Assembly: GCF_035594765.1 (NCBI RefSeq)
Contig: NC_085841.1
Coordinates: 167,447,574-167,511,573 of the forward strand
Source of the DNA: Anolis carolinensis
Taxonomy: Eukaryota
Direction of reading: 5' to 3'
DNA length: 64,000 nucleotides
The stretch's first letter is position 1. Each line of letters begins with the position of its first letter. The translations under genes were made by a program, and so were the position numbers. Positions 1 to 12,266 of the stretch are shown here, piece by piece. A model generated the notes under the pieces. The model was not told the DNA's origin and did no database searches. It worked only from the letters and a program-made list of their open reading frames with translations.

Positions 1-507
1 AAATAAAACATGATAAGAAGATTCATATCATGTCACTTTCCTCATTATGTTAACTTTTAAATATATAATACTCGGTTGTACATTTCTTAGTTGTTTTAAG
101 AGGATTAAATTAATTTACTATCAGAATACTTCAGTTCAAATCAAACCCAAATTGATCTCCTTTTCAGAGCAGGATATTGTGTTTAGATTATCAACACATC
201 AGTACTATTCGTCCTATAAAATTAGCACTTTTTGTATACATTTACTTGCGTTAGTAAAAAAAAGTACAAAAGTGTCCATATTACAAATGGTTCTCAGTAA
301 ATGGTTTCAACATTAAAGGAGTAATCATAATTGATTATGGGAGGGGAGGAATCATTGAGCACTTACTCTGGGGCCGATCTGGCATGGCGAATATAAGATT
401 GCCTCCAGCATGGTTGATCGCCACCTACCAACCACTGCAGAAGTGGGAGGGAGTTCTGACTGTCAAACATTGCTGAACCTTCTTTGGCACTGCCAGATGT
501 CCACTAA

Positions 508-866
508 TGACCTCATCACAAAGGCCTAAATCTGGCAGCATATGCCAGTTCAGCCCATGTCACTCACAGAGCCCGCCAACTCCCATCATGCAATTCCAGC
601 ATGGCTCCGTGAGTGAAGGAGGGTGGAGACAGCTCATGTTGTCACCATGGCAACATGTGAGGCTTCCCGTGTTGCCATTGGAATCCATGGGGGGAAGCCA
701 CATGCTCCACACACGCTCAATGCGCCCTCCACGTGCACGCCACACTTCCTCCCCCCCCCCATGGGATCAGTTGGAAGAAGAGCTGGGCGATGCAGGGTGT
801 GGGGTGGTGGGTTCCTCACACTCTGCAGTGAAGTGAAGTGACTTCAGCAGCTGTGTGACAAGGTTG
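508..866. mobile_element. PIF/Harbinger-type MITE (family also at 7610 and 28383)
   Basis: TIR tgacctcatcaca...tgtgacaaggttg; flanks TAA (505-507) / TTA (867-869). Confidence 0.6.
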
Positions 867-918
867 TTACTGTCCTCTCCAGCTCTCCTTCTCATGACAG
901 TCAGTGAGCATGACTAGG

Positions 919-1836
919 TGTTACAATCCAGGCAGCGAGAGCACCGAAAACCAACACAGAGGCCAATAATATTTTAATATCTTTATTAAGGCAATTAGTA
1001 ATCCAAAAATGAATTGGTGGAAAAGTTGAGCAAGCAATAGCCCTTTAAGAAAAGTTATAAGATAGTCCAGAAATGTCAAGGAATATGTCCAGTATTAGAG
1101 TCCAAAGTCCAGATACCGAAACACACTCAAACCAAAACAGCGTTTGAGTGGGGAATAAATTCGACAAGCAAGGAACACAAACAGGGTTCAAACGTTCATG
1201 AATGTTCTCAGAAGTAAGGCAGGAACTTGAGAGCGTACAAATAAAACTTGGTACATGAAACAACAGAGAAGTAGACTCAATCCCAGTCTACTCGTGAGTA
1301 ACGGCGACAGCTGGCTGCCTGAGTCAAGAGGCTGGGAACTTGAGGCGATGAACTTTCTTAATGTTGGGTAACGTTGACACCGCAGGGAAACTACTGTGAG
1401 CAAGGCTTTTATTGAAGTGCAGAGTCTTCCCCCCAAGGGGCCTTCCTCTCCAAAGTTCCCAAGGGAAAGGCTTCTAGCAAGAGTCTCCACACTCAGCCAA
1501 GTGGGCGCTTCTCCTCAGCGATTGTTTCTGAGATCGTTGTTCATTTAGATAGCGTTTCCTGTTGAAGGACATGGATTCTGGAGAGCTTAGGACATCTGGT
1601 GAGGGAGTAGAATTATCCTCCGCATTTTCCCTTTCAATTAGAGCTGGTTGTGAACTGTCAACAACCGGCAGCTGCAAATTCGTCGGGTCAAGCTGACTTG
1701 GAGAAATATCAACATAGTCTTCATCCTGGTCGAAGGCGAACCCGGGGTCATGTACCGGGGCCAAAAGTAACTGGGATCTAACACTAGGACTGTGCCAGTC
1801 AGAAGTTGACTGACATGACATCTGCCAGGAGTGACA
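919..1836 (-). mobile_element. Solo LTR, Gypsy-like (918 bp)
   Basis: Minus strand reads TGTCAC...GTAACA; 4-bp TSD TAGG/TGGG; AATAAAAG TATA-like box at ~1406-1413 and AATAAA polyA signal at 982-987, both on the minus strand. Confidence 0.75.
1474..1836 (-). other. Open reading frame in LTR U3 (120 codons from the LTR edge, ATG at 1821); acidic/Ser-Pro rich with a basic C-terminus
   Basis: ORF track 1474..1821; upstream codons TGT CAC TCC TGG CAG are in frame to the first LTR base. Confidence 0.4.
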
Positions 1837-2173
1837 TGGGAGGGGGAGAGGAGGAGGAATTTCCTCTCCTCCCCACTCTCTTCTCTGATTAGCTCATTGT
1901 TTCAGCCAACATCATGCCAGGTGATGAACAACTGGCATGACCCATGTTACATCCTCAGGCCACCGCAATGAAACGAACAATGAGTGTTGTTAACATTTGG
2001 CCCAAGTTACCTGGGCCTTCCATGCATTGTTTAGCCACCAAAGAGCTGATTTGCTGGCCCTTTACACTTAATGGTCAGTGTAGACATATCCAAGATCCCA
2101 AATGAGTTTTTAAAAGTTCAGCAGTTTCATTTACTTTTGCAGAACAATATATCTATGAAAAAAGTCTCTAAGG

Positions 2174-2306
2174 CAGTGGTTCTCAATCTGGGGGTCTCCA
2201 GATGTTTTGGACTTCAACTCAGAAATTCTAACAGCTGGTAAACTAGCTGGGATTTCTGGAAGTTGAGGGCCAAAACATCTGGGGACCTACAGGTTGAGAA
2301 CCAATA
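2174..2306 (+). mobile_element. hAT (Charlie/SPIN-type) hairpin MITE, copy 1
   Basis: TIR cagtggttctcaa...ttgagaaccaata; perfect 8-bp TSD CTCTAAGG. Confidence 0.92.
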
Positions 2307-3740
2307 CTCTAAGGGTTACAGAAATTGAGCTATATATTTTAATTCAATCTCCTAGACACTACAGCTGATCACCTATCCTCTCAATCCCAACCTTCCTATA
2401 ATGATCAGGGAGGCCTAAGGGACATTTTATTTGCATTATATTGAACATAAGCAGAATTCTGCACATGATCAGAGACCCTGTTTTATTAGTGGGAGCAGAG
2501 GTCTAGGTGCCCGGGACCTATCACTTCACCTTATTAGAACATTTGCACATAGAGGAAAAAAACTTAACAGAAATATAGTGAACAAAGAAATTTAAAAAAT
2601 TGAGAAGCACCTTGCCTCCTGCTGCTTTGTTTTAATAGTGTTTTTATGGAGTTCTTGAGGAAAGTGTCACAGCATAATGGAGGGGTTTCACTTGAAATTG
2701 TCTTATCAGTGGAAGAAAACACATGGTTGTATTTAGTCAAGGTACTCACACATTCTTATTTAACATCAATACTGTATAAAATAAATTTATATTAAAATGA
2801 GAATGACAAGAGGTACTTTCTTTGCACACCTTATTGCTTGACACTTTTTTGGTTTGGATTTTTGGGGCATTTTGGTATATTCCAGGTTGGGTAATACTCA
2901 TAAAGTTTGATGCTTGGAACTGTAACAAGAGTTCATTTTGTGACCAGATATATTCTTCATGCATACAATATGGGTAGAGAAGGGGGAGGAAAACCATTAT
3001 TGCCGCTATCATTGTGGATTTTTAAAATCGGAAAAAAATGAATTTAGCTGTCATAATGTCTTAGAATTCTTACTGTTTCTCCCCAACACTTGAGAATTCT
3101 GTCCTACCAATTTAAATTAGAATATATGCCATGTTTCAATTGCTTTATGTGCTTTATAGTAGATAAAATATGTTAATTTGTGTAAATGCTGTTCTGAGTG
3201 TAAATGCTTATGCTGAAAGCATGCTTATCTTTAAAGCTGCATGTCTTTCATTCTTGGCTTCTTTTATATGCTCACTTTATTTTTTTAATGCATGTCTTAA
3301 TATTTGAGGAGACTTTTTAAAGAGAACATTTGAAGCTATGTGGAAAGAACCTCATGACTTCATCATAAATATTCATGAGCTCATAGACAATCTTTTTTTT
3401 TTTACTGAATTGCTAAGGTTTTTTTTTTTCCTGAGTTTTTCAGCCAGTGTTCTTCAGGCTCCTTTGTGCTGTGCTTCATTGCTATGGATTAGCAAAACTG
3501 GAATGCTGGTGTTGCTGATCTGTTCTAAATTTAATGGGTTTTTTTAAAAAAAAAAAAATTAAAGAGATTCAGTTTGCCTTCTACAGTTAGCATGTGGTAG
3601 TTTATCTGGCCCCATGGAATTTCAAAACAATCTCTGTATAACACTATATGTAATAGACATCATGGTGGCAATAAGAACCAAGTTTGCTTGATATAATTTC
3701 AATTATTCCCACACGTTGGACACTTTCTAAAATAGCCATG

Positions 3741-3852
3741 GGAATCCTCTACATGTTGTGGGACTGCAACTTCGAGCAGTTTTAGGCACATACCCCATTG
3801 TTGAGCAATGCTGGAAAGTGCAGTGCAAACAATATTCAAAGGGCTGCATCTT
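3741..3852. mobile_element. Degenerate hAT MITE remnant
   Basis: catgttgtgggactgcaact...agtgcagtgcaaacaatat imperfect palindrome typical of squamate hAT MITEs. Confidence 0.4.
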
Positions 3853-5049
3853 TACTCTAAGGTCTAGTTTAGGTCTACTCAAATGCTAGGTAGCACTCAG
3901 AGATACTGAACTTTGATTATTTTCCTTTTAGGGAAAACCACATGTCATAAATTACTTTTGTAAATTTGTTTTCATTTCAAAAACATTCAGAACTTGTATT
4001 CCTATGGTCCCCTTGGATCCATGTGGCTACTATTATTTTTTCCCTCTTGTGTTGTGCATTGTTTGGAAATCTAGCTTTCAAAATCTACCAATTGTCTGAG
4101 ACTTTGGGGATTTTCCAAACTTAAAAAAATAAAATAAAACAGGCACAAGGTTTGCTAAAGTTTGATTTCATTGTTTGCCAGACCTATATGTGGTTTTAAT
4201 GTTCACTTCTCTAATTTTTAGAACAAAAATTAGAATTATAGTAAAATAAAGTTGTCATTTCAATGGTACACTATAGCACTATAATTCTAAAACAAAGAAA
4301 GACAGAAGAGAGAATGGGATTTTTTCTTCTTCTGCTATAGTTAAAAGAAAGTTGAAGTTAGTGTTGGGGATTTCCAGAAATGTATGACAACAAGATGTTA
4401 TTTAGATTTTTATTTAAAAAATGAATATTATAGTCTACCGACATGTTTACCCTTATGTCTTTTATACTTTTAATGTACCACACACTGTGCAAATAACTGT
4501 ATTGAGTGCTGGGCAAAGCTTAGGAACACATAATACTATTACAAATGTCAAGGAAGAAGGCTAATTTAACAAAGCCAAACATATTTCTGATGAAAAATTC
4601 ACCAGATTGTATGGCACATCAACTTCTCTTTACTAATGATAGAATGAGTGCTATCCCTTTAACCGCACCTGCGAATTGAACACAAGGAGCACGAAGGATG
4701 ATCCATAGGCTCCTCACTTCAATATCTACTCCAAATTGGAGGATCCCTTCAAAACAACTAGGATAGCGAAGAACTGGTGGGTGGGTGTGGGGGGGGGAGG
4801 GAGGGACGGGACACAGGATAGAGGAGTGGAAAGTGCCACAGTAAAACAGAGATACATTTCTGCAGCACTGGATTTAATCTTGTATGTCTCAGAAGGGCTT
4901 CTCAACAAAGGATTTTGGTCATCAAGGAACCATTGCTACATCTGCATATCCCTCCAAAAGACATCATCAGTACCATCCTTCCAAAAACATTAAAATGTAA
5001 TGTTGTGTCCATTCTCACTTGTTTTTTTGCTTCTACCAGAGATAGGAAT

Positions 5050-5135
5050 CATGGCCTTCAGCCATCATAGCCAATGGTGAGAAATATAAGGAGTTGTAGT
5101 CCAGCAACATCTGGATAACTGCAGGATCTTTGCCT
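5050..5135. mobile_element. Degenerate hAT MITE remnant (right half)
   Basis: ggagttgtagtccagcaacatctgga resembles the MITE arm ggagttgtagaccaaaacacctgg at 22522. Confidence 0.4.
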
Positions 5136-5941
5136 AGGTTCGTGCTGTTGACTTGACAGTATTCTTCCATGTTTGAATCCAGGAAGGAAATTATTCATTC
5201 AATGAATATTATATTTTAAAAACAGATCTTTTGGGTTATATAGTTCTCTGTGATAAAGAGATAACAACATTTTATTAGCTTATCTACCCATCACTTGAAA
5301 TAATTTGCTGTAATCCTGATATCAAGGAAATCTTGAATGAAGGGCTGCCATTTGTGTGTATTGAGCTTCTTTAAAATGTCGGAATCTTCAAGGGAAAAGT
5401 TATACATTTATTCAATAAGAGCACTATACACAATTGTGCCATTTGTTAAATATAGTGCATTTTACATTTCTATCCTTGAAATAGTAATTCATTGTACTGT
5501 ATCACTCATGGACTGTGAAGTGTATATCATGCTAAGGGGAAATGAAATTCATGTTCGCTACTGTAGAATCTACAGTTTCCTGTCAGCTGATAATAAATGC
5601 CCAGTCAACAGTAATGCTAGTCTCTGTAATGAGAACATCAACGTAGATAAATCAGACATTATTGAAGACATTTTTTCCTGGTAAAATGGAAATAAAATGT
5701 GCTAGCTGGATGTTACTCGCTGCTGATTATTCATCTATATTCATTGAGTTTCTCTGTGTTGGCCATTTAAGCCAATAGTTATGAAAATGGGATCCTTTGT
5801 AAGTTAATAGTTTGGGATTTCACTACCAAGCTTCAGCACCGTGATGAGGAGGATAGTAGAAATACATAAAAGTCTCTTGATATATATGTTATGGAGTTTT
5901 CATGCCTTTCTTTGAGTTTTTCTAAAATATCTGTAATATAT

Positions 5942-6982
5942 TAGGGCTGCTGTGCACGATGCTGTTTTTCAAAATAGGATTTGGGACATTTGGCCAATCT
6001 CGCAACCAAATGTCCGGAAATGGGGCGGGTGACGGGGCTCGAATTTACTTGGTGGAAACGGACCATGTGGCAATGAAAAATGGCTGTGTTCGGTTCCTTT
6101 CGGCTGCCTTACCTGAGCCAATCAGAACAAGAAAGCGGATCACGTTTCTTTTTGCCAAGTTGGTCTATATATACCAGGGCGAGCTCCTCTATTTTCCTGT
6201 GGTGTCCTGACTTCTGAGAGAGATTGTGTGCTAGCTAGCTCCGTGTTCTATCTCGATGCCTTCGCTGCTTATAATCGCTTTCTTTTGCACATAATTCCAA
6301 TCTTTTGCTTTGGCAATTTGATTTAATTTTTAGTTTAATATCTTTCAGTCCTTCTTTTTACTATTTCTCTAGGGAAGTGAGGGTGTGTGTGTGTTTGGGC
6401 AGGGACTATGAAAGAGCATTTTTGTTTAAATATTGGGGGTGGTTTAGTGAAGGGAAGGAATAGCCTGACTTCCTTGAGTCTCCATGGGGATAATTCAATC
6501 TTTCTATAGTTCTACCTTCTTGCTTCTGTACTCTGTCTTACACCTCCTTCCCAAGAAATATTTTTTTTAATCCAAAAAAGTCATTTTTTTCTTCTCATTC
6601 ACCCCTTTGACTGACTTATTTATTCCCCTCCCCTGGTTTTTTTTAAAGGACATTTTATTCTAGAAACTTTAAGAATTTCCTAAAAAACAGTGGATGACCC
6701 AAACATTCTGAAACTTGGGAGGAGGGACTTGTAGTGGTAAATGTATCCACCATGTGTGGCCATTTTCATCCCGATGGACTTAAAAATAATGGATAGGGGA
6801 GCCTCAGAAGTTTCTCCATTGCCGGATCTTCCCTGAGTAAATATGGAACTTCTTGCTGATGGATCTATAAACTGCATTTTGCCCTCCTGAATTTGAGCAG
6901 CTCCTGAAAAAGACAGAATGGGGGCAACAGAAAATCAGAACGCCAAAAATGGAATGGGGTGTTCCAAAATTACACATGCCTA
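5942..6982 (+). mobile_element. Non-autonomous hAT element (~1 kb)
   Basis: Termini tagggctgctgtgca...tacacatgccta; 8-bp TSD TAATATAT/TAATATTT. Confidence 0.7.
5994..6198 (+). promoter_or_regulatory. Pol II promoter-like motif set inside the hAT element
   Basis: CCAAT 5994, GC box GGGGCGGG 6022-6029, AGCCAATCAG ~6116-6125, TATATATA 6166-6173, pyrimidine-rich Inr-like tract 6184-6198; locally CpG-rich. Confidence 0.4.
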
Positions 6983-6987
6983 TAATA

Positions 6988-8081
6988 TTTGAATGTATTC
7001 AAATCAAACTGGGACTTTTAAATTTATACAATAAAAGAACAGATTTCAAGGAATGGAAACTGCATTTATTTTTCGATCTACTCCCCTGCTACATTTATAT
7101 ATTTACCCTAGCATTTAACTAATGTCTGGAAAGCTTTGGCATAGAAAGATTTGTCAGTATCTTTGCCTGAATCATTCAAGGATCATTTCGTCATCAGCAC
7201 TGAAATGCTAAACTCTGAGAAACGCTTTTACCAAGCTGTCTTGGTACTCAGTGTGCACTATAATTTTGAAAGTAAGCTTTCCTACATAAAGCTTCATTTT
7301 TATATGAAATTTCACAACAGGTGAAATCAATTATCCAGGCTCAGGTGTTCCATGAAAAAAATGTTTAGAGGACTGACTGCTTTAGGCTGGGAACCAGTGT
7401 GGCTGTGATTGTCACTGATGGACGGACAGCCATCTTTGAAATGTTTACACCATTCAAATGTCTTATTGTGGCTGAGTGTCTTGTTACTGTACTGTGCTTG
7501 GAGTCTTCTGTAGATGTCTGTGGGCTTTATGCATTTGTTCACAAAAAAACTTCATTACCACACGCTGTTCCAAGCATGCACTAATACTGTTCTCTGCCAT
7601 CTTGATTAACGGCCTCATCAGATGGGGGAAAAATTGGGGGAATACTCCACTTTGCTGCCCCTTTAAGCATGGAACCCATTGGCTCCCATCACATGATGCG
7701 GGGCTCCATGCTTAAAGGGGTGGTGAAGAGGATATGCCACAGCAGCAGCAACAAGGGAGGGTTCTCATGTTCTGACAGGAACATTGGGGGAAGCCGGACA
7801 GTCGGCACTTCCTCTCATGGGATGATCAGCTGGGTGACTCAGGCAATGCGGGGCATGGGGTGATGGATTCCCCACACTCCCAGATGTGCACTGCTGGAAT
7901 CGCCACAATGCAATGATTATGATGAGGTTGTAACAGTCTATGAACTGGCCCACAACATGTGTGCCACCTATCAGTAATAAGACACACTAGCCACTTACTA
8001 CTGTGTGTAGTACCGTCACACTAGCATCCATTTTTATACCTGTAAAATTAAAAGTCTTATTTTGACTTGAACACCCATCGT
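6988..8081 (-). mobile_element. Mariner transposon, internally deleted, with transposase pseudogene
   Basis: Degenerate TIRs (ttcaaatcaaactgggactttta vs rc ttcaagtcaaaataagactttta); N-terminal HTH KPTDIYRRLQAQYSNKTLSHNKTFEWCKHFKDG (7327-7542); C-terminus FYAKAFQTLVKC*GKYINVAGE*IEK at ~7070-7150; DDD core absent. Confidence 0.85.
7610..7930. mobile_element. PIF/Harbinger-type MITE inserted in the mariner
   Basis: TIR cggcctcatca...tgatgaggttg; TAA TSD on both sides. Confidence 0.7.
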
Positions 8082-8192
8082 AGAATGCCAATTTTAAGTT
8101 AAATGACATATCAGTTCAAAATTAGTCTGTATAACTTGAAGTATATTTCATCTGATTGAAAACGAAGATGTCCTTTCATTCATATCATCCAG

Positions 8193-8265
8193 TAGAACCA
8201 GCTCTGCCATTAGGCAGTATTGAGGCAACTGCCTCAGAGGGAACAAACTATGAGGTGATGCTAAT
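8193..8265 (+). mobile_element. Degenerate left end of a hAT-Tip100-like element
   Basis: agaaccagctctgccattaggc...gaggcaactgcctcag resembles the left end of the element at 50632. Confidence 0.3.
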
Positions 8266-10678
8266 AGTTTGTAATAATGATGCCAAGTTGTGTACCTTCC
8301 TGTGGATTGAGGTTTCCTGGGGGAGGGGGCTTTCCTTTGTGTCCCACCAGGTGAGGTCATATACTGTGGGAGTGTGGGAGAGGTTTTCTGAGCCATGGCC
8401 GCTCAATTGGCTTGATTGTTTAGACAGTAAGTTTTTTTATCTTTAAAAAATCACAATTTATGGAAGGTCTTCGGGTCTCCATGATTTATTTCAAATGTTA
8501 TGCACAGGGAGTGTTAAAACTTTTGTAGTCTTTTCATCTTTTGAAAACTTGTTAATAAGTTTAATATTTTTCATGTATCACATGTCTTTTTTCAGTACTG
8601 TAGCTGTTTTTCATTTATCTTGAGTTGTTGAATTAAAGAAAACATTAAAAATCTCACTACGCAGATTTTTTTTCATAATTTTCATTATTTATCCCAATAC
8701 TAATTTCAGATATTGCAACATAGAAACATCAAAGAAGTTGTGAAAAAACTGTTTATGATGAACCAAATTTGATGTCATTTTTGTATTTAGAATGTCAAAT
8801 GTTTATTTAAAAAGTGTACATTTTTTAAAAAAAGTTTTAATAGCCTACGGTTTTGCAGATCCCTGGTATTATTTTAAATTCTTTTAACTTGTAAGTAGTG
8901 GTTTTACTTGCATGCTGTCCTAAAGTTTTTAGTTATAGGGAGGGATACTAATATTTAAATAAATACACAAATAAAAAAAGATATTGTATGCTCCATGAAC
9001 TCTTCTCATTTTAAGATACTTGCTGTTCCTATTTTCAGCGGATTGCCAATTGGTTAACGTCAAAGTAAGATTCAGTTGCCAACTCTTGCACATGCAATGA
9101 GTTGGGGTTGTCTAAAGTTTCTTGGGCTTAGCTCTAACTTTAAATAATAAGGTTTTCCAAAAACTATAATTTACTTTTTCAGACTATTTCCTGTTAACTC
9201 ATCTATTGGTCCATGTGTGATATTGGTTTAATCAGAGGTAATTTGTTAAGATATATATTGCCAAGAACTATAAACTAGAGGAATGTATTAAATTTAATTA
9301 TTCATTTCATTCATATTTTGTATTACTCAGCCATATGAGTAAAGAGGTTGATACATATATGCACTGTTTGAAGAAATGCCAAGGTATATCAAAATTTTGA
9401 TCAAATATATTTTCTGACATAAGTAAAATTATGGGCCAGACAGTTCTTTTCTCACCAATATTTGCTCTCTTAGCTCTCTTTGCCAGCAATCATAAGTTAT
9501 TAATACACACAGATCTTAAATTCTTATGGCAGGCAACAAGATCAGGATTTTTTTTCAGTATGGAAAATCATAAAAGATTGTCATTAGATCTGTGATGTAT
9601 ACCTATCTGAAATATTGCACTTATCGAAAACTAACAGCAGAAGTAAAAGTGTTTTTGAAGAACCTGCTTACTGTCAATTGCAATTCTGATATTGTTTATC
9701 TTCTGAGATTCCTTTTTGTGGAATGGTATATACTTTTTCTCGTTGGTAAAAGACAAACAGATTGTGGCTTTTATATTTGTTATGATCACTTAAAATGCTA
9801 ATTAAGGACTATTATGTAAGTTTTTTTAATTTAAGGGTGCAATTTCTGTTGTATTATATGTTTTAAAAATGAAATGTGATGAAATGAAAAATAGATTTGT
9901 TGCATTGCTACTAGCAAGGTGGATATGTTTTTGAGACCTAATTTGGTCATCTGTATTAATTAACATGGATTATTTTGTATGCAGTGGCTCATACTTCACT
10001 ACAAAAGGAGGTAAAATGGTGAATTTGCTTCAGTGGCGCTTGAACAAATGACTATCAAAGTAGGCAGATGAAGAAGACAAGGATTTTCCTTTTGTAGTAG
10101 CGGAGTCTTTGTGATATTCATTGGACCACTGCTAGAACAGGCTCTTTTCCAAGTGTCTTTCTTACACTAGAAGGCTACGTTAGAATGAGGAGGGACAAAC
10201 TATGCTCTGTGGACAGCTAGACTGTTTGTAAACACTGGATCGATTAAGACACAGCCAGGCTTGAAATATATTCAGAAAAGGCTTGTGTTATCCTGTGTAT
10301 GATAATTTATCTAGCCACAGCTCTATGGCCTGAATGTATTTATCAGTTGAGTACACACTAAAAACTCAAGGCAGCTTTCATGTTTCTTTTGAAGGCTATG
10401 ATCTTGGCTCCCATAGCGAGCTAGAGAAGCAGAGCTGTGCCTTGGTGGAATTGAAATCCTATTGTCTCCTTTTCTTTTGACTAGAAGAAGAGCCCGTGAA
10501 CAAAAACAAAAGTTTCTGTGACCCAGCTGTGTTTGGCAGCTAAATCTGTGATCTCTCTGTGTGTAAAGTTACAAGAACCAAGGAAGCAAGGAGAGTCCCT
10601 TGAGTTATGAATTCTCCTTGTTCACCTTTTAATGGGATTAATTTTCTTTAGGGTAAAGAAAGGTAAAAAGATTGAGTA

Positions 10679-11147
10679 CAGTAGAGTATCACTTATCCAA
10701 CATTCACTTATCCAACATTCTGGATTATCCAACGCAGTTAGCCTGCCCCCCCTATCCACAGCTGTTTCTCAAGGCAGTAAGGATTGAACTTTTTATGGAT
10801 TTAATTTCTGAAAATGTTGCTACTGTAAATTCATTTTATGCAATTCTATCTTTATTTGGAGTCAATTTGTTAGTAGCCAATGCTTTTGTAGTCAATGTTG
10901 TCAATATATTGTGATGTTTTGGTGCTAAATTCATAAATACAGTAATTACTACATAATGTTACTGTGTTTTGGACTGCTTTTTCTGTAGATTTGTTGTAAA
11001 ACATGATGTTTTTGGTGCTTAATTTGTAAAATTATAACGTAATTTGACATTTAATAGGCTTGTCCTTAATCCGTCCTTATTATCCAACATTTTCGCTTAT
11101 CCAACGTTCTGCTGGCCCGTTTATGTTGGATAAGTGAGACTCTACTG
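10679..11147 (+). mobile_element. Tigger/pogo (Tc1-mariner superfamily) MITE
   Basis: TIR cagtagagtatcacttatccaa...ttggataagtgagactctactg; TA TSD. Confidence 0.9.
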
Positions 11148-11699
11148 TATTTACTTTTCTAGAAGTACCTTCTTTTCGCAATAGTCAGATTTCATTGGTC
11201 AGGTGTTATAAGAAGAGAGGAGAGAAGCAAGACTTCAAAAGGCCCAGAAAGATCTTCTATGAAAAGGCAATAAGACGCAAAATCACAGTGATGTTGCTCT
11301 AAGACCATCCTGGAAGGGAAAGAAGATGGTTGGCTTCACAGTTGAGCCTCAGTGGTAAAGAGGAAGGCAAAAGGAGAGGGTAGGGAAAGAAGGAAATGGA
11401 AAACAGAAAACCATGAAAAAAAGAGGAGGTGGGAGTGAAATGGAAAGTGAGGGAAGAGTGAAAACAGAGGAAGTCTGGAGCAGCATGAAAAACAGGCATT
11501 TTGAGACTGTGGTAGAGCTTTTATCAAACAGAAATATAAGTTATTGGGTTACAGGAGTAAGCACCAAGCTGGGGACATCCAACAGTGAGACAGACAGAGT
11601 GCCAAAAACAGTACTTCCAGTGCAACGCTTTGGGAAAGAGCCTAAAACCATGTGAAGTATAACAGAAATAAAATAAGAACATTGAAAAATGAATGGAGA

Positions 11700-12111
11700 A
11701 ATGCAACAAGATATTATAATTGAAAAACCTGTTGAAATACAGTATGATCAATTTAGATTGAAACACTTGGGTGGATCATTGAGATGGGGGAACAAAATTA
11801 CAAGAATTGAATTTTACTCGACGCATTGTATGGGTAGCTATTACTCTTAACTATATATGTGTGTATTTAGCAGAAGTTGAAACAACAAGTAGAGTAGAAG
11901 TACACTTTAATATTCCAATAGATGCCTTGGCTTAAATTTCCTTTGTATTTTTTTTAAAATGGAAGTGATACTAGGATAGAGGAAAGCTGTGTGGAGGGAA
12001 GTCTTGGGAGTTGTTTTAGTATTGTTTTGTTTGTTTTAATTTAGTGTTTGTTTTTTATTTGATGGAATTATGTTGCTTCCTTTTGAAAATTCAATAAAAA
12101 TGAGTAAAAAA
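11700..12111 (+). mobile_element. Probable old L1/Tx1 3' end
   Basis: G-rich then GT-rich 3'UTR-like tract, AATAAA at ~12093 followed by an A-rich tail. Confidence 0.3.
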
Positions 12112-12266
12112 GTATTAAAGACAACCCAGGTGTCTGTGCAAAATTGGGGTAATGGCATCGTATGAAATGGAATCATTATGAATATTTTCTGTAAAATGAG
12201 CTTTTGTATGGTTCATTGAAAGCATTATCAATATAAGCATCAGTCCGATGAATTAGGGATAGACCA

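Larger units (their letters stand above)
371..2091. mobile_element. Old PIF/Harbinger-like non-autonomous element acting as host of two nested insertions (boundaries approximate)
   Basis: Left end gggccgatctggcatggc and right end taatggtcagtgtagacatatcc are degenerate versions of the TIR of the MITE at 35696-35956. Confidence 0.35.

Noticed and set aside
919-1820. Alternative LTR end at 1820 (…catgaca)
   Set aside because: No TSD there; the end at 1836 gives better inverted termini and TAGG/TGGG.
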